DNA of 64,000 bases from the NCBI GenBank assembly GCA_019058445.1, contig JAHPZA010000009.1:448001-512000 (forward strand), in the 5' to 3' direction. Source of the DNA: Promethearchaeota archaeon (lineage in GTDB: Archaea > Asgardarchaeota > Lokiarchaeia > Sigyniarchaeales > SOKP01). This document shows, in pieces, positions 40,355 through 50,234 of this stretch. Numbering within the stretch: position 1 is the stretch's first letter; each line of letters opens with the position of its first letter. Position numbers and translations under genes: made by a program. Below the pieces are notes generated by a model that saw only the letters and a program-made list of their open reading frames with translations, searched no databases and was not told the origin of the DNA.

Positions 40355-41740
40355 TTATTTTCCTAATTCTAGTGGATGTTTTCCTTTCCGCCAATGTTCT
40401 TCAATTTCTTCTAAAGTTTGATTTTTAGTTTCTGGTACATAATAAAATGTAAAAAGAAATGCCAATATTCCCACTCCTCCATACAACCAAAATGTACCAG
40501 ACGCCCCTATGGATTGAATCAATAAAAGAAAAGTTAATGCAATTACCAAATTTGATCCCCAATTTACTTCAGTTACAATGCTCATTGCAGTTCCTCGTAT
40601 TTTTAATGGATATATCTCTGAGATTAATAACCAAAATACAGGCCCTAACCCAATAGCAAAGAACGCTACATAGAGCATGAGACTAATGGCAGCTAATGGT
40701 CCTATAAGAGATATAAGACTCGGTAAAAAGAAAATAATCCCAAGCAATATCAATGTCGCAGACATTCCAGCTAAACCAACCAAAAGTAAAGGTCGGCGTC
40801 CAACTCGGTCTAGTAATTTAATAGATACAATAGTCATTCCAACATTTACAAGTCCAACACCTATAGTCGCAATAATTGCTGCTGATGATGATTTGAATCC
40901 TGCATATTGAAAGATTATAGGAGCATAATATATTACAGTGTTAATACCTGTGACTTGTTGAAATATCGCTAAAGCTATACCAATTAGTAATGCAGGTTTA
41001 TTTTTTGGATTCAATAATTCAGATCTACCTCCTTTCTCTTGTTTTAAACTAGTTTGAATTTGACTTAATTCTACTTCAATATTTGAATTATTTCTTATAC
41101 GCTGCAATACTTTACGTCCGTCTGTTAAATCTCCATGATGGACTAACCATCTGGGACTTTCGGGGAGAAAAAACATACCTATTAGTAATATAGCAGCGGG
41201 AATCACAGCTAAACCAAACATATAACGCCATCCTTGAATTGGAGCTAGAGAATAATCAACTAAATAAGAAATTACGATTCCAATGGTTATAGCTAATTGA
41301 TTAAATGAGACTAATGCACCTCTAATATATGGGGGAGATGCTTCTGAGATATATAAAGGTGCTGTAAAAGACGCAATACCAATTGCAATACCAACAATAA
41401 TCCTCCCAAAAATTAAAAAGATTATATCTGGTGTTATGGCTGTAAAAATAGCACCAAAGATGAAAATAATGGCAGCAAAAATAATTACTTTCTTTCTACC
41501 GTAATTTTCTGCCATATAACCCCCTAAAAGTGCTCCTATAACAGCACCTATCAATACAGCACTAACTACTAATCCAGTTAAAAAGGGAGATAAATTAAAT
41601 TCTGATCTGATAAAAAGAATTGCCCCTGATATGACTCCTGTATCATATCCAAATAGCATACCACTTATTCCAGATATTGCTGCAATAAAATAAAGATATA
41701 TAGTAGTACTTTTTTCATTGGGAAGTGTATTACTTAGCAT
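40355..41740 (-). CDS. Sugar porter family MFS transporter
   Basis: Motifs GMLFGYDTGVISGA, GRK, PESPRWL, QQVTGINTVIYYAP, DRVGRRPLL and PETK. Confidence 0.93.
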   Translation of the reverse strand: MLSNTLPNEKSTTIYLYFIAAISGISGMLFGYDTGVISGAILFIRSEFNLSPFLTGLVVSAVLIGAVIGALLGGYMAENYGRKKVIIFAAIIFIFGAIFTAITPDIIFLIFGRIIVGIAIGIASFTAPLYISEASPPYIRGALVSFNQLAITIGIVISYLVDYSLAPIQGWRYMFGLAVIPAAILLIGMFFLPESPRWLVHHGDLTDGRKVLQRIRNNSNIEVELSQIQTSLKQEKGGRSELLNPKNKPALLIGIALAIFQQVTGINTVIYYAPIIFQYAGFKSSSAAIIATIGVGLVNVGMTIVSIKLLDRVGRRPLLLVGLAGMSATLILLGIIFFLPSLISLIGPLAAISLMLYVAFFAIGLGPVFWLLISEIYPLKIRGTAMSIVTEVNWGSNLVIALTFLLLIQSIGASGTFWLYGGVGILAFLFTFYYVPETKNQTLEEIEEHWRKGKHPLELGK

Positions 41741-41960
41741 TAAACACCACTTTTAATAATTTAATAACTTGATCTAAAATGAAATATACCAATTGGCATT
41801 AAAAAATGGTGGTTATAATTTATTAAAAAGTAATAATTAATTTTAAGATATTTTAGACTAAAACAAAATTTTAAAATTTAAATTGGAACATTTTTATTTT
41901 TCAAGTTAAGCTTTTCTGATTTCAATTAATTTCCTTAAATTCCTCCCAAATTTATGTTAG

Positions 41961-42128
41961 GTTTTAATAAATTCAACAAAAGTAAGAAGATATGGTATTT
42001 GGGAGTCTCAATTAAACGATAATCCACCATCTACATTAAAATCTCCTAAAATTAAAGTTGCAACTCATCCTACCTATTCGAAATCTGGTGATATCACATA
42101 TTATGTAAGGAATTCTATCTATTATTAA
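41961..42128 (+). pseudogene. 3' fragment of the TolB-like gene
   Basis: Reads INSTKVRRYGIWESQLNDNPPSTLKSPKIKVATHPTYSKSGDITYYVRNSIYY*, versus MHSTRGGKYGIWELPLNGDPPHVLHPPGIESATHPTRSKNGIITFDVVRSV* at the end of 36800-37696. No upstream coding part. Confidence 0.8.
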
Positions 42129-42142
42129 GAAAAACGATTTTT

Positions 42143-42207
42143 AAAAGAAGATATAAATTTTTATCTTCTTTTACTTTAATAATACTATTGGATCTAATTA
42201 ATAATGA
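42143..42207. repeat. 65-bp direct repeat, copy 2, containing a perfect 11-bp inverted repeat (terminator- or operator-like)
   Basis: AAAAGAAGATA-TAAATTTT-TATCTTCTTTT at 42143-42172. Confidence 0.85.
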
Positions 42208-42240
42208 AATTAATAAGATAATAAAAGGATATAATTTAAC

Positions 42241-43134
42241 ATGACAAATCAATCAATTATAGAAAAGCTTGGTTTTGATGCGTCTGATAAAGTTGTTATT
42301 TTCCATATTGATGATATGGGTTTTTCTCATACATCGAATATAGCTTCTTTTGAATGTTTAGATTTTGGAATCGCAAGTTGTGGATCCATTCTTGTGCCTG
42401 CCCCCTGGTTTTTAGAAGTGGCGTCTATTTGCAGAAAGAATCCCAAGTATGATGTGGGAATTCATTTAACCTTCACGTGTGAATATGATTTATACCGATG
42501 GCGCGCTTTAAGTAGTGTTGATCCCACATCAGGATTATTAGATTCGGAGAAATCCCTTTGGCGTACATCTGAGGAAGCTATTTCAAATGTGACTATAACA
42601 GCCGCAGAACTTGAAATGCGAGCTCAAATTCAAATGGCTTTAGATAATGGTATTGATGTTACTCACATCGACACGCACATGGGAACAGTCATTAATCCAA
42701 AGTTTCTTCCAATATATTTAAAAATGGCTCGAGAATTCAAGGTTCCTGCGTTTTTACCAAGGGTTAATAGAGAAATATTAATTAATGAAGGATTAGGGGA
42801 CAGCGCTGATGCTATTTTAAAAATGTTCTCAAAAATAGAAGAGAGTGGAGCTCCCTTACTCGATTATATGGTTATAGATACAACTGGAGATTATCCCGAT
42901 AAAGTAGAATATTATTGCAAGCGCATGGCAGAAATAAAGCCTGGCTTAACACATTTTTTATTTCATCCTGCCAAAATGAGTTCTGAATTAGAAGGAATAA
43001 CACCTGACTCTGCAAGTTGGCGAGATCAAGATTATAAGGCATTTACAGACCCACGTATAAAAGAATGTGTAGAAAAATACGATTTACATATAATTGGGTA
43101 CAGAAAAATTCGTGAATATATCAGAAATCAATAG
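42241..43134 (+). CDS. ChbG/YdjC family carbohydrate deacetylase
   Basis: Motifs HIDDMG, DVGIHLT, THIDTHMG and FHP. Confidence 0.88.
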   Translation: MTNQSIIEKLGFDASDKVVIFHIDDMGFSHTSNIASFECLDFGIASCGSILVPAPWFLEVASICRKNPKYDVGIHLTFTCEYDLYRWRALSSVDPTSGLLDSEKSLWRTSEEAISNVTITAAELEMRAQIQMALDNGIDVTHIDTHMGTVINPKFLPIYLKMAREFKVPAFLPRVNREILINEGLGDSADAILKMFSKIEESGAPLLDYMVIDTTGDYPDKVEYYCKRMAEIKPGLTHFLFHPAKMSSELEGITPDSASWRDQDYKAFTDPRIKECVEKYDLHIIGYRKIREYIRNQ

Positions 43135-43259
43135 TAAAATAGATCATTAACGAAATTATGGTTCAATTAATCAATCCCTTTAATATATATCACTTCCCTG
43201 AATATACAAATTTTAAAGCTATTTATCAATTTACATCATATTAGTTTTACAATTTTTAA

Positions 43260-44645
43260 ATGATAATTATGAACGAAGATCATGTACCAACTGGTAAAAA
43301 AATATCATGGGCAGTCGCAAATGTAGGGAGTTTAGCAATTGGCCAAGCATCGATACTTCTCCTCTATGCGTACTATTTCTTGTATTTGGGAGTACCACTT
43401 TCTCCGCTTGGAATTAGTTTAGTTTTAATGATTTATGGGATATGGGATGCAGTCAATGAACCTTTGATTGGTCATATTTCTGATATTTCAAGGAGTAAAT
43501 GGGGTCGTAGAAAACCGTATATTGCAATTGGATTAGTTCCGCTATTAATATGTTCATATTTAATTTATACTCCTCCTGTAAATGATCCTATAACAACCAC
43601 AATCTATTTGATCGTGATTTTGATTTTATACGAGACGTCCGTTACTATGGTATTTACTTTATGGTTTGCGCTATACCCAGAGTTAACTCTAGATCAAAAT
43701 GAAAGACTAGCTATCTCAAGATTTAAAGAGATATTCGGAGTGTTAGGCTTGATTTTAGGACTCGCTATTGCTCCTTTAATTGCTGGCTCGTTTAAAGATC
43801 CTATGCTAGGTTTCTCGTTAATGGGGCTAACGTTAGGTATTATTGCTGTCGTATTCATGCTTCCCACCTTATTCTTTATTAAGGAACGGAAAGAATCTCA
43901 GATTATTAAGGAAAACAGAATTGGATTTATTAAATCAATGAAGATTTCATTAAAGAGTAGAAGCTTTGTGTGCTTTATTCTAGTTCAATTTTTGCTTCAG
44001 CTTTCTTATTCAGTTGTGCTCTCTGGGTTACCACTGTTTTTTGAAGGAGTATTAGGCATGGGCGCAAGTGAATGGGCTATTCAAATGCTACTAATATTTT
44101 GTGTTGTTATTCCAGGATTATATGTATGGATAAAAATCGCGGAAAAAAAAGGGACTAAATATGCGTTATTTATTTCCATGCTCTGTTTTAGCATAACATT
44201 CCCATTAATTTTTCTCGTATATAACCCCACATCGATGTTAATTGTTCTTTTAATTGCTGGTTTTGGACTTGGAGGGTTAATGATTTTTCCAACAGTCCTA
44301 CTTAGTGACGTAATAGATGAGGATCATACGAAAACCAATGAACGAAGGGAAGGAATTTTTAACGGAGTTTCAGGTGTTATCGTAAAATCCTCAAATGCCA
44401 TCAGTTGGTTGGTTTTAGGTATTGTGCTTACGATTTTTCAAATTAATCGAGAAAATGTAAGTCCATCTACTCTGACACCTTCTGGTGAATTAGGACTTAG
44501 AATATTATTGGGGGTGATTCCAGTAATTTTTATTTTATTGGGTATGCTCTTCTTATATCTTTATCCTTTAACTGGCGAAAGATTAGATGAAGTAAAAAGC
44601 AAAGTGAGAGAACTGAAAGAGGAAAAGGCTAAAAATTCTAGCTAA
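43260..44645 (+). CDS. GPH (MelB-like) family MFS glycoside transporter
   Basis: Motifs WDAVNEPLIGHISD..RSKWGRRKPY and DVIDED...RREGIF. Confidence 0.9.
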   Translation: MIIMNEDHVPTGKKISWAVANVGSLAIGQASILLLYAYYFLYLGVPLSPLGISLVLMIYGIWDAVNEPLIGHISDISRSKWGRRKPYIAIGLVPLLICSYLIYTPPVNDPITTTIYLIVILILYETSVTMVFTLWFALYPELTLDQNERLAISRFKEIFGVLGLILGLAIAPLIAGSFKDPMLGFSLMGLTLGIIAVVFMLPTLFFIKERKESQIIKENRIGFIKSMKISLKSRSFVCFILVQFLLQLSYSVVLSGLPLFFEGVLGMGASEWAIQMLLIFCVVIPGLYVWIKIAEKKGTKYALFISMLCFSITFPLIFLVYNPTSMLIVLLIAGFGLGGLMIFPTVLLSDVIDEDHTKTNERREGIFNGVSGVIVKSSNAISWLVLGIVLTIFQINRENVSPSTLTPSGELGLRILLGVIPVIFILLGMLFLYLYPLTGERLDEVKSKVRELKEEKAKNSS

Positions 44646-44672
44646 CATTATTTTTCTTTTTTAATTTTTTTT

Positions 44673-46535
44673 TTAGTAATTCTCTATTTTTAATTCAAAT
44701 AGTTTATTCTTTGTAGGTATGCCGTTTACATCCCATCCTCTAAATTTATAGTATTCTTCTAACATGAGATCTATTGTGAGAACCTTGTCCTTTACTCTAC
44801 CTTTCTCTAAAGGAAATTTTAATCGAGGAGGAATTCTATCGTCTTTCTTCGTAATTCCACATTTATTATTAAAAACTCGTTTTAAATTAAAAATTCTTTC
44901 TCCAATCTCCATTAGCTCAGATAAAGCTAATTTTATTTCTATTAAATAATAAATTTCATCAAGTATTAAATCTAATAAGTTTTCTACGATTTGAGAGCCT
45001 GATGATATCGATTGACGGCAAATCCCTAATGCATTATTAATTTCTGATAAATTTTGAGAGATAGCAACATCTCTTGCAAATTCTGGATTATCAATTGTTC
45101 TTTCCTTGATAGGTTTTTCTTTAGAAATTTTTAAGGCTTCATTAAAACCAGTAAATCCAGAATATAAATCATTCGCAAAACCTCTTAGATGACACGCACC
45201 ACGATTCGAAGTAGCATATTGTAATCCCAATGGAAATATCGCACGAGGATCATGCATTGGAGCTTCTAATCCTTTAATCTCAGCTAGGAATTCCTCAGAA
45301 CCGTTTCCTATAATTTCAGAAGCTTTCCGAGATCCATTACTTAAAATTTTTCCAATTCCCTCTTTTTTACACATTAGATTTAAAAGCTTAATAGCTGCAT
45401 CAGCATCACCCCATTCTAAGGGAAATCCTATATCGTCTTGAGTTAAAATACTCTTCTCATAACAATCCATCGCAAAAGCTATTGTGCATCCCGCGGATAT
45501 AGTATCGACTCCCATAGTGTTACACAGATGATTCATATAAGCTATTGCCTCCACGTTTGAGATTAAACACATGGCACCAAAAGCCGCTGTAGTTTCATAT
45601 TCTGAACAAGCAGCATTTGATATTTTATAAGGACCTTCCTTTATTTCAATTTCTCTACCACAACTGAAGGGACATAAATAACAGGGTCTACTTTTTACGT
45701 GTAATCTTTCCAATACAACGGAACCAGATATCTCGTTGACTCCTTTCCATTTATGCAAAGTCCAATTTTTATGGGGTACATCAGCCAGTCTTTCAAAATA
45801 ATCAATATTATTGGTACCAAAATTCTTCAAGACATCTCCCATTGCAGATTTTTTAAATGATAAAAAGATTGACTTCGAAATGTTATTGAACTTTTCTTCA
45901 TTGAAATAATCAATTTTTTTAGAACTCTTTACTGCTATCGCTTTAAGGTTTTTTGAGCCCATAACCGCACCCATTCCTCCTCTACCAACGGCTCTAAAAT
46001 GATCATTTATAATAGAGGCCAAAGGAACATTTATTTCACCAGAAGTACCGATACACGTGACTTTATAATTTTTTCCTAATTCAGATCGTAAGTTTTGTAT
46101 GGTTTTATCCGTAGTTAAACCCCATAAATCTGAAGCATCTTTTAGTTCATAATGATCATCTTCAATTTTTAAATATACGGGAGAATCTGCTTTATTTTCA
46201 ATAATAATTCCATTTAACACCTTTCTTAATTCTGCTCCAAAAAACCCTCCGGATAAACCCTCTCCATAAATTGTAGTCAATGGTGATCTCGCAGATACGG
46301 AGTAAAATCCAGAACAAGGAAATGAAGTACTTGTTAATAATCCCGTCATTACCACTAAAGGATTCTTCTCGCTTAAAGGGTCATATTCAAACACTTTTTG
46401 TTTCATCAAATAATCAATTGCAAATCCAGGACCCCCCAAAAATGTCATTACATCATTCTTATTTATATATCTCTCATTAAAAGATTTGTTTTTAAGATTA
46501 ACCTTTAAAATTTTCCCAAATTTTTCATTTCCCAT
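44673..46535 (-). CDS. Tungsten-dependent aldehyde:ferredoxin oxidoreductase family protein
   Basis: Motifs KILKVNL, SPLT, GRGGMGAVMGSKNLKAI, CYLCPFSC, EYET, DTIS, HDPR and RGACH. The start at MGNEKF (46535) is preferred over 46646. Confidence 0.9.
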   Translation of the reverse strand: MGNEKFGKILKVNLKNKSFNERYINKNDVMTFLGGPGFAIDYLMKQKVFEYDPLSEKNPLVVMTGLLTSTSFPCSGFYSVSARSPLTTIYGEGLSGGFFGAELRKVLNGIIIENKADSPVYLKIEDDHYELKDASDLWGLTTDKTIQNLRSELGKNYKVTCIGTSGEINVPLASIINDHFRAVGRGGMGAVMGSKNLKAIAVKSSKKIDYFNEEKFNNISKSIFLSFKKSAMGDVLKNFGTNNIDYFERLADVPHKNWTLHKWKGVNEISGSVVLERLHVKSRPCYLCPFSCGREIEIKEGPYKISNAACSEYETTAAFGAMCLISNVEAIAYMNHLCNTMGVDTISAGCTIAFAMDCYEKSILTQDDIGFPLEWGDADAAIKLLNLMCKKEGIGKILSNGSRKASEIIGNGSEEFLAEIKGLEAPMHDPRAIFPLGLQYATSNRGACHLRGFANDLYSGFTGFNEALKISKEKPIKERTIDNPEFARDVAISQNLSEINNALGICRQSISSGSQIVENLLDLILDEIYYLIEIKLALSELMEIGERIFNLKRVFNNKCGITKKDDRIPPRLKFPLEKGRVKDKVLTIDLMLEEYYKFRGWDVNGIPTKNKLFELKIENY

Positions 46536-46706
46536 TTTATCTTCAATCGCTTTTATTATGCTTCTTAGAGTGAATATTATTAATAAATTCGATAGATTCG
46601 GATTTAATTTTAATATTATTAAATATAAGCTTAATGAAAAAACCAATCTTTTTTTAAAAGGCAGAATTTAAATAAGGAATAATAAATCAACTTTCAGTGA
46701 TTAGCA

Positions 46707-47774
46707 ATGATTTTTACTGAATATGCTAAAATTTATACAAAAAAGATTAATGAGGCAATAAGCGCTATTTATGACAAGAAACTGGGAAAAGTGAAAAATA
46801 AATTTTTAAACACATACTATTCGGAATTGAAAGATTATTTCTTATCAGGAGGAAAAAGAATACGTCCTTTACTATGTATCGCGACTTATAACGCTTTTAA
46901 GAAAGGAGAAGGTGATGAAATTATTATTCCAAGCGTAGGAGTGGAATTCCTCCATAATGCTTCACTAGTTCATGATGATATAATAGATAAAGATGATTTT
47001 AGGCGTGGAAAACCAGCTTTTCATTATAGATTCAAAAAATTGCATTCGAAATATAGCCTAAAAAAAATGTTAGCAGACGATTTTGGAACCAGCATTGGTA
47101 TAATTGGAGGGGATTCTGCGTTCTTTATTGGATTAGAAGCATTTCTTTTCAATACATTTGATAAACTCTTGAATATTAAAGCAGTTGAATATTATGAGCA
47201 AGCCTTTATTGAAATAAGCGATGGAGTGCTTATTGAAATTGATATGGTAAACCAAAAGGATTTACAGATACAGGATTATATCGAAATGATCTCTTTAAAA
47301 ACAGGTGCTTTAATTGAAAAATCAATAATGATTGGAGCGACATATGCTGAAGTAGAGGAAAAATATAGAAAATTACTTTCTACATACGGCATGAATTTAG
47401 GAATTATATTCCAAATAATTGATGATATATTAGGTACCTTCGGAGATGAAAAAGTCACTGGGAAACCAACAGATGGAGATATTCGGGAAGGCAAAAAAAC
47501 ATGTTTACTGATTGAATCATTAAGTAAATTAGAAAAAAATAAAAGAAAACAGCTTGAAAAGTTAATTGAAAAACCAGAGATGACGGAAAATGATGTTCAA
47601 CAAGTAAAAGAACTATTCCAAGACGCAGATGCAATTAATTCATGTAAAGAATTAGCGAATAGCTATTATTCAGAAGCAAAATCTGCATTGGAAGAGTTAA
47701 AGGCTGCTATGAATCAATCAGAAGCGGAGTTTTTTGAGAGTTTATTAAAATTCGTGGCAGAAAGAAAATTTTAA
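46707..47774 (+). CDS. Polyprenyl (geranylgeranyl) diphosphate synthase
   Basis: Motifs GGKRIRP, VHDDIIDKDDFRRG, KTG, FQIIDDILG and DIREGKKT. Confidence 0.92.
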   Translation: MIFTEYAKIYTKKINEAISAIYDKKLGKVKNKFLNTYYSELKDYFLSGGKRIRPLLCIATYNAFKKGEGDEIIIPSVGVEFLHNASLVHDDIIDKDDFRRGKPAFHYRFKKLHSKYSLKKMLADDFGTSIGIIGGDSAFFIGLEAFLFNTFDKLLNIKAVEYYEQAFIEISDGVLIEIDMVNQKDLQIQDYIEMISLKTGALIEKSIMIGATYAEVEEKYRKLLSTYGMNLGIIFQIIDDILGTFGDEKVTGKPTDGDIREGKKTCLLIESLSKLEKNKRKQLEKLIEKPEMTENDVQQVKELFQDADAINSCKELANSYYSEAKSALEELKAAMNQSEAEFFESLLKFVAERKF

Positions 47775-47906
47775 ATAATTTTATTAGTCTCTGTACTTTT
47801 TTGTGAGGCTATTTTTAGTTTCTAAATAGCTTTTTTGAAAAACTCATATTTAAATATTATCTACAGTGCTAGAAATGTGTAAATAATAAATAGTCTTATA
47901 GGAAAA

Positions 47907-48314
47907 TTGACACCCAAAAATAATCTTAATAAAATCTCTTATGATATTTTAATAGTAGATGATAGTAGATACATTATTTAGTTATTAACTAAAATATTTA
48001 CGTTGAAAGGGTATACTTGTAAGTCTGTGAAAGATTTTGCTGGAACAATGGACGAAATAAATGATAACAAACCAAGGTTAATATTCTTAGATGTAAATAT
48101 GCCTGATATTAATGGATATCAATTATCTGAAATGATTAAATCAAATGAAAGGTACAAAAATATTCTCGTCTATTATCTAACCGGAATAGCTAAATCTGAA
48201 ATCTCTGTGAAAACATTAGAAACAAAAGCAGATGGATTTATAACAAAACCCTTTGATCTCTCAGACTTTAATGATGTATTTGATTATCTCAATCTTAAAA
48301 AAATGGATAATTAA
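47907..48314 (+). pseudogene. Single-domain response regulator (receiver) interrupted by an in-frame TAG
   Basis: From TTG 47907 it reads MTPKNNLNKISYDILIVDDSRYII*LLTKIFTLKGY...IFLDVNMPDING...LTG...FITKPF, with TAG at 47979-47981. The track's 103 aa ORF lacks the acidic DD pocket. Confidence 0.75.
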
Positions 48315-48345
48315 AGAATACTAATTTTAACATTTCTAATAAGCA

Positions 48346-49845
48346 CTAAATTTTCCTTAGTAAACGGATGAATATTTTCCAAAAGTTCTCAACGCTCTGA
48401 ATATCCAATCGTTCATCTGGAGAGTGTAAAGCATCAAGAGTAGGGCCTATTGTGATCATATCAAGATCTGGAAAATTCAATCTAAATACTCCTGGTTCTA
48501 AGCCTCCGTGAACTGCTGTGATGATAATATTTTCCATCGATAATTCTTCATAAGTTTCTTTAGTAAGATGTAGTAATGGTGAATCAAAATTCGGATTCCA
48601 TTCACCAAAGCCTCCCATTTGCCTGAATTTTATTTTTAAATCAGCATTTTTAAATAGATCTATTATCTTATCAGATATTTCTTTATAGGATGTCTTTTCA
48701 AAACTTCTTTGCATTGTATCAATTTTAATTCGGTTTGTTTTTGAAATAATAGAAGCTAGATTTGTTGATGAGTGTACTAAATTTTCGAATTTGGGATGCA
48801 TTGAAATAGGACCATGAGGAAATGAATTTAAAACGTCTAAAAATTTATCTTGGAACTCCTTTGAATATAGAAAATCTTCCGGATTACTTTCCAATTTCAC
48901 GAGTGCTATCTCAATATTAGGATCAATTTTGGAATACTCTTTTTTTATTTCTGAGACTAGACCATCAAAAAATTCCTTAAGTTGTTTTATATCTTCGTTT
49001 TTTACATAAAAAATTGCCCTAGCTTCTCTTGGCAAGGCATTACGATGTGTGCTACCACCATCAATTGATTTAACGTAAATTGAATTGTTTTGATTAAGTC
49101 TTTTTAATATTTTCGCTATCAATTTAATAGGATTTGGCCGACCTTTATCTATATCACCACCAGAATGCCCCCCAAGTAATCCAGTTATCTGTATTTCTAA
49201 AGGCTGTAATTTACCTTCTATTTGATTTACATTAATTAAGTCAATTTTCACTTCTACATATGTAAGTAATGCCCCTACACATCCTATTGTTATTACATTT
49301 TCCCTCGCCGAATCGAGATTTATTAAGGTTTTACTTCTTAAAAGGTCTTTATCAATTTGCAGTGCCCCTGACATACTAGATTCTTCTGAAACAGTAAATA
49401 CTAAGTCTATTTCTAAATTTTCAAAAATTAAATCTCCCTTGTGAATTTTCTTCATTATTGCTAAAGAGTATGCCATGCCAGTTGCGTTGTCAGCCCCTAG
49501 AGTAGTACCCTCAGCAGTAAGCCATTTTTTACCATCGAAAGTAATAACTTTCAGTTTTAGAGGATCTTTAGAGAAATCATGCTCAACTTCTTTATTCTTT
49601 TCGCAGACCATATCCATGTGACTTTGTATAATTATGATGGATTTTTTTTCTTTTTTTGGAGGTATTATTACTAAGATGTTCCCGGCGTTATCACTTTTTG
49701 TCTCAAAATTGAATTTTTCTGCTTCTTCTTTTATATATTCTCTGACTTTACCCTCATTACCAGAACAATGCGGAATTTTTGAAATATCTTCAAAATATTC
49801 CCAAAATTCTAAAGGAGAACTCAAATCATGAAGATTAACTGACAT
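48346..49845 (-). CDS. pepD: Aminoacyl-histidine dipeptidase (M20C, PepD-like)
   Basis: Motifs QSHMDMVCEK, GTTLGADN, GGHSG, HGGLE and HSPDE. Confidence 0.88.
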   Translation of the reverse strand: MSVNLHDLSSPLEFWEYFEDISKIPHCSGNEGKVREYIKEEAEKFNFETKSDNAGNILVIIPPKKEKKSIIIIQSHMDMVCEKNKEVEHDFSKDPLKLKVITFDGKKWLTAEGTTLGADNATGMAYSLAIMKKIHKGDLIFENLEIDLVFTVSEESSMSGALQIDKDLLRSKTLINLDSARENVITIGCVGALLTYVEVKIDLINVNQIEGKLQPLEIQITGLLGGHSGGDIDKGRPNPIKLIAKILKRLNQNNSIYVKSIDGGSTHRNALPREARAIFYVKNEDIKQLKEFFDGLVSEIKKEYSKIDPNIEIALVKLESNPEDFLYSKEFQDKFLDVLNSFPHGPISMHPKFENLVHSSTNLASIISKTNRIKIDTMQRSFEKTSYKEISDKIIDLFKNADLKIKFRQMGGFGEWNPNFDSPLLHLTKETYEELSMENIIITAVHGGLEPGVFRLNFPDLDMITIGPTLDALHSPDERLDIQSVENFWKIFIRLLRKI

Positions 49846-50234
49846 ATCTCATATTTACCTTAAATATTTAAAAACATCGTGTTTTATAATTAATAGAAAA
49901 AGTCTATTACTTTAAAAGATTAAGGAGATATTAAAGCAAATTAACGCTTATCTAAAAATTATTAAATTCAATAATTTATAAACAATTTTATTTGATCACT
50001 TAAAATTAAACCTAAATCTTTTAGCGTAATAACTAATAACCTAATGAAACGTAATATGTAGATGAAATAAATGATGACAAAACAGAAGGAAGGATTGGCT
50101 TTGTCTATGAGGAGGGAGACAAAGATTTTAAGGGACTTAAAGGAAATCTTATTCATATTCTTGCGGATATCAGAGTAATAAATTCTCCCGAATACGTGAA
50201 ATGGTTCTGGATATGTATATATTTAGTAAAATTT

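Noticed and set aside
46536-46646. Hydrophobic N-terminal extension on the aldehyde:ferredoxin oxidoreductase in the ORF track
   Set aside because: It is AT-rich intergenic sequence of a divergent promoter region; family homology begins at MGNEKFGKILKVNL.
50070-50160. SECIS element next to the SelB-like gene
   Set aside because: An ATGA...TGA pair flanks a stem, but the register does not give a proper non-Watson-Crick quartet. It is on the strand opposite the neighbouring genes, and no in-frame UGA selenoprotein was seen in the window.
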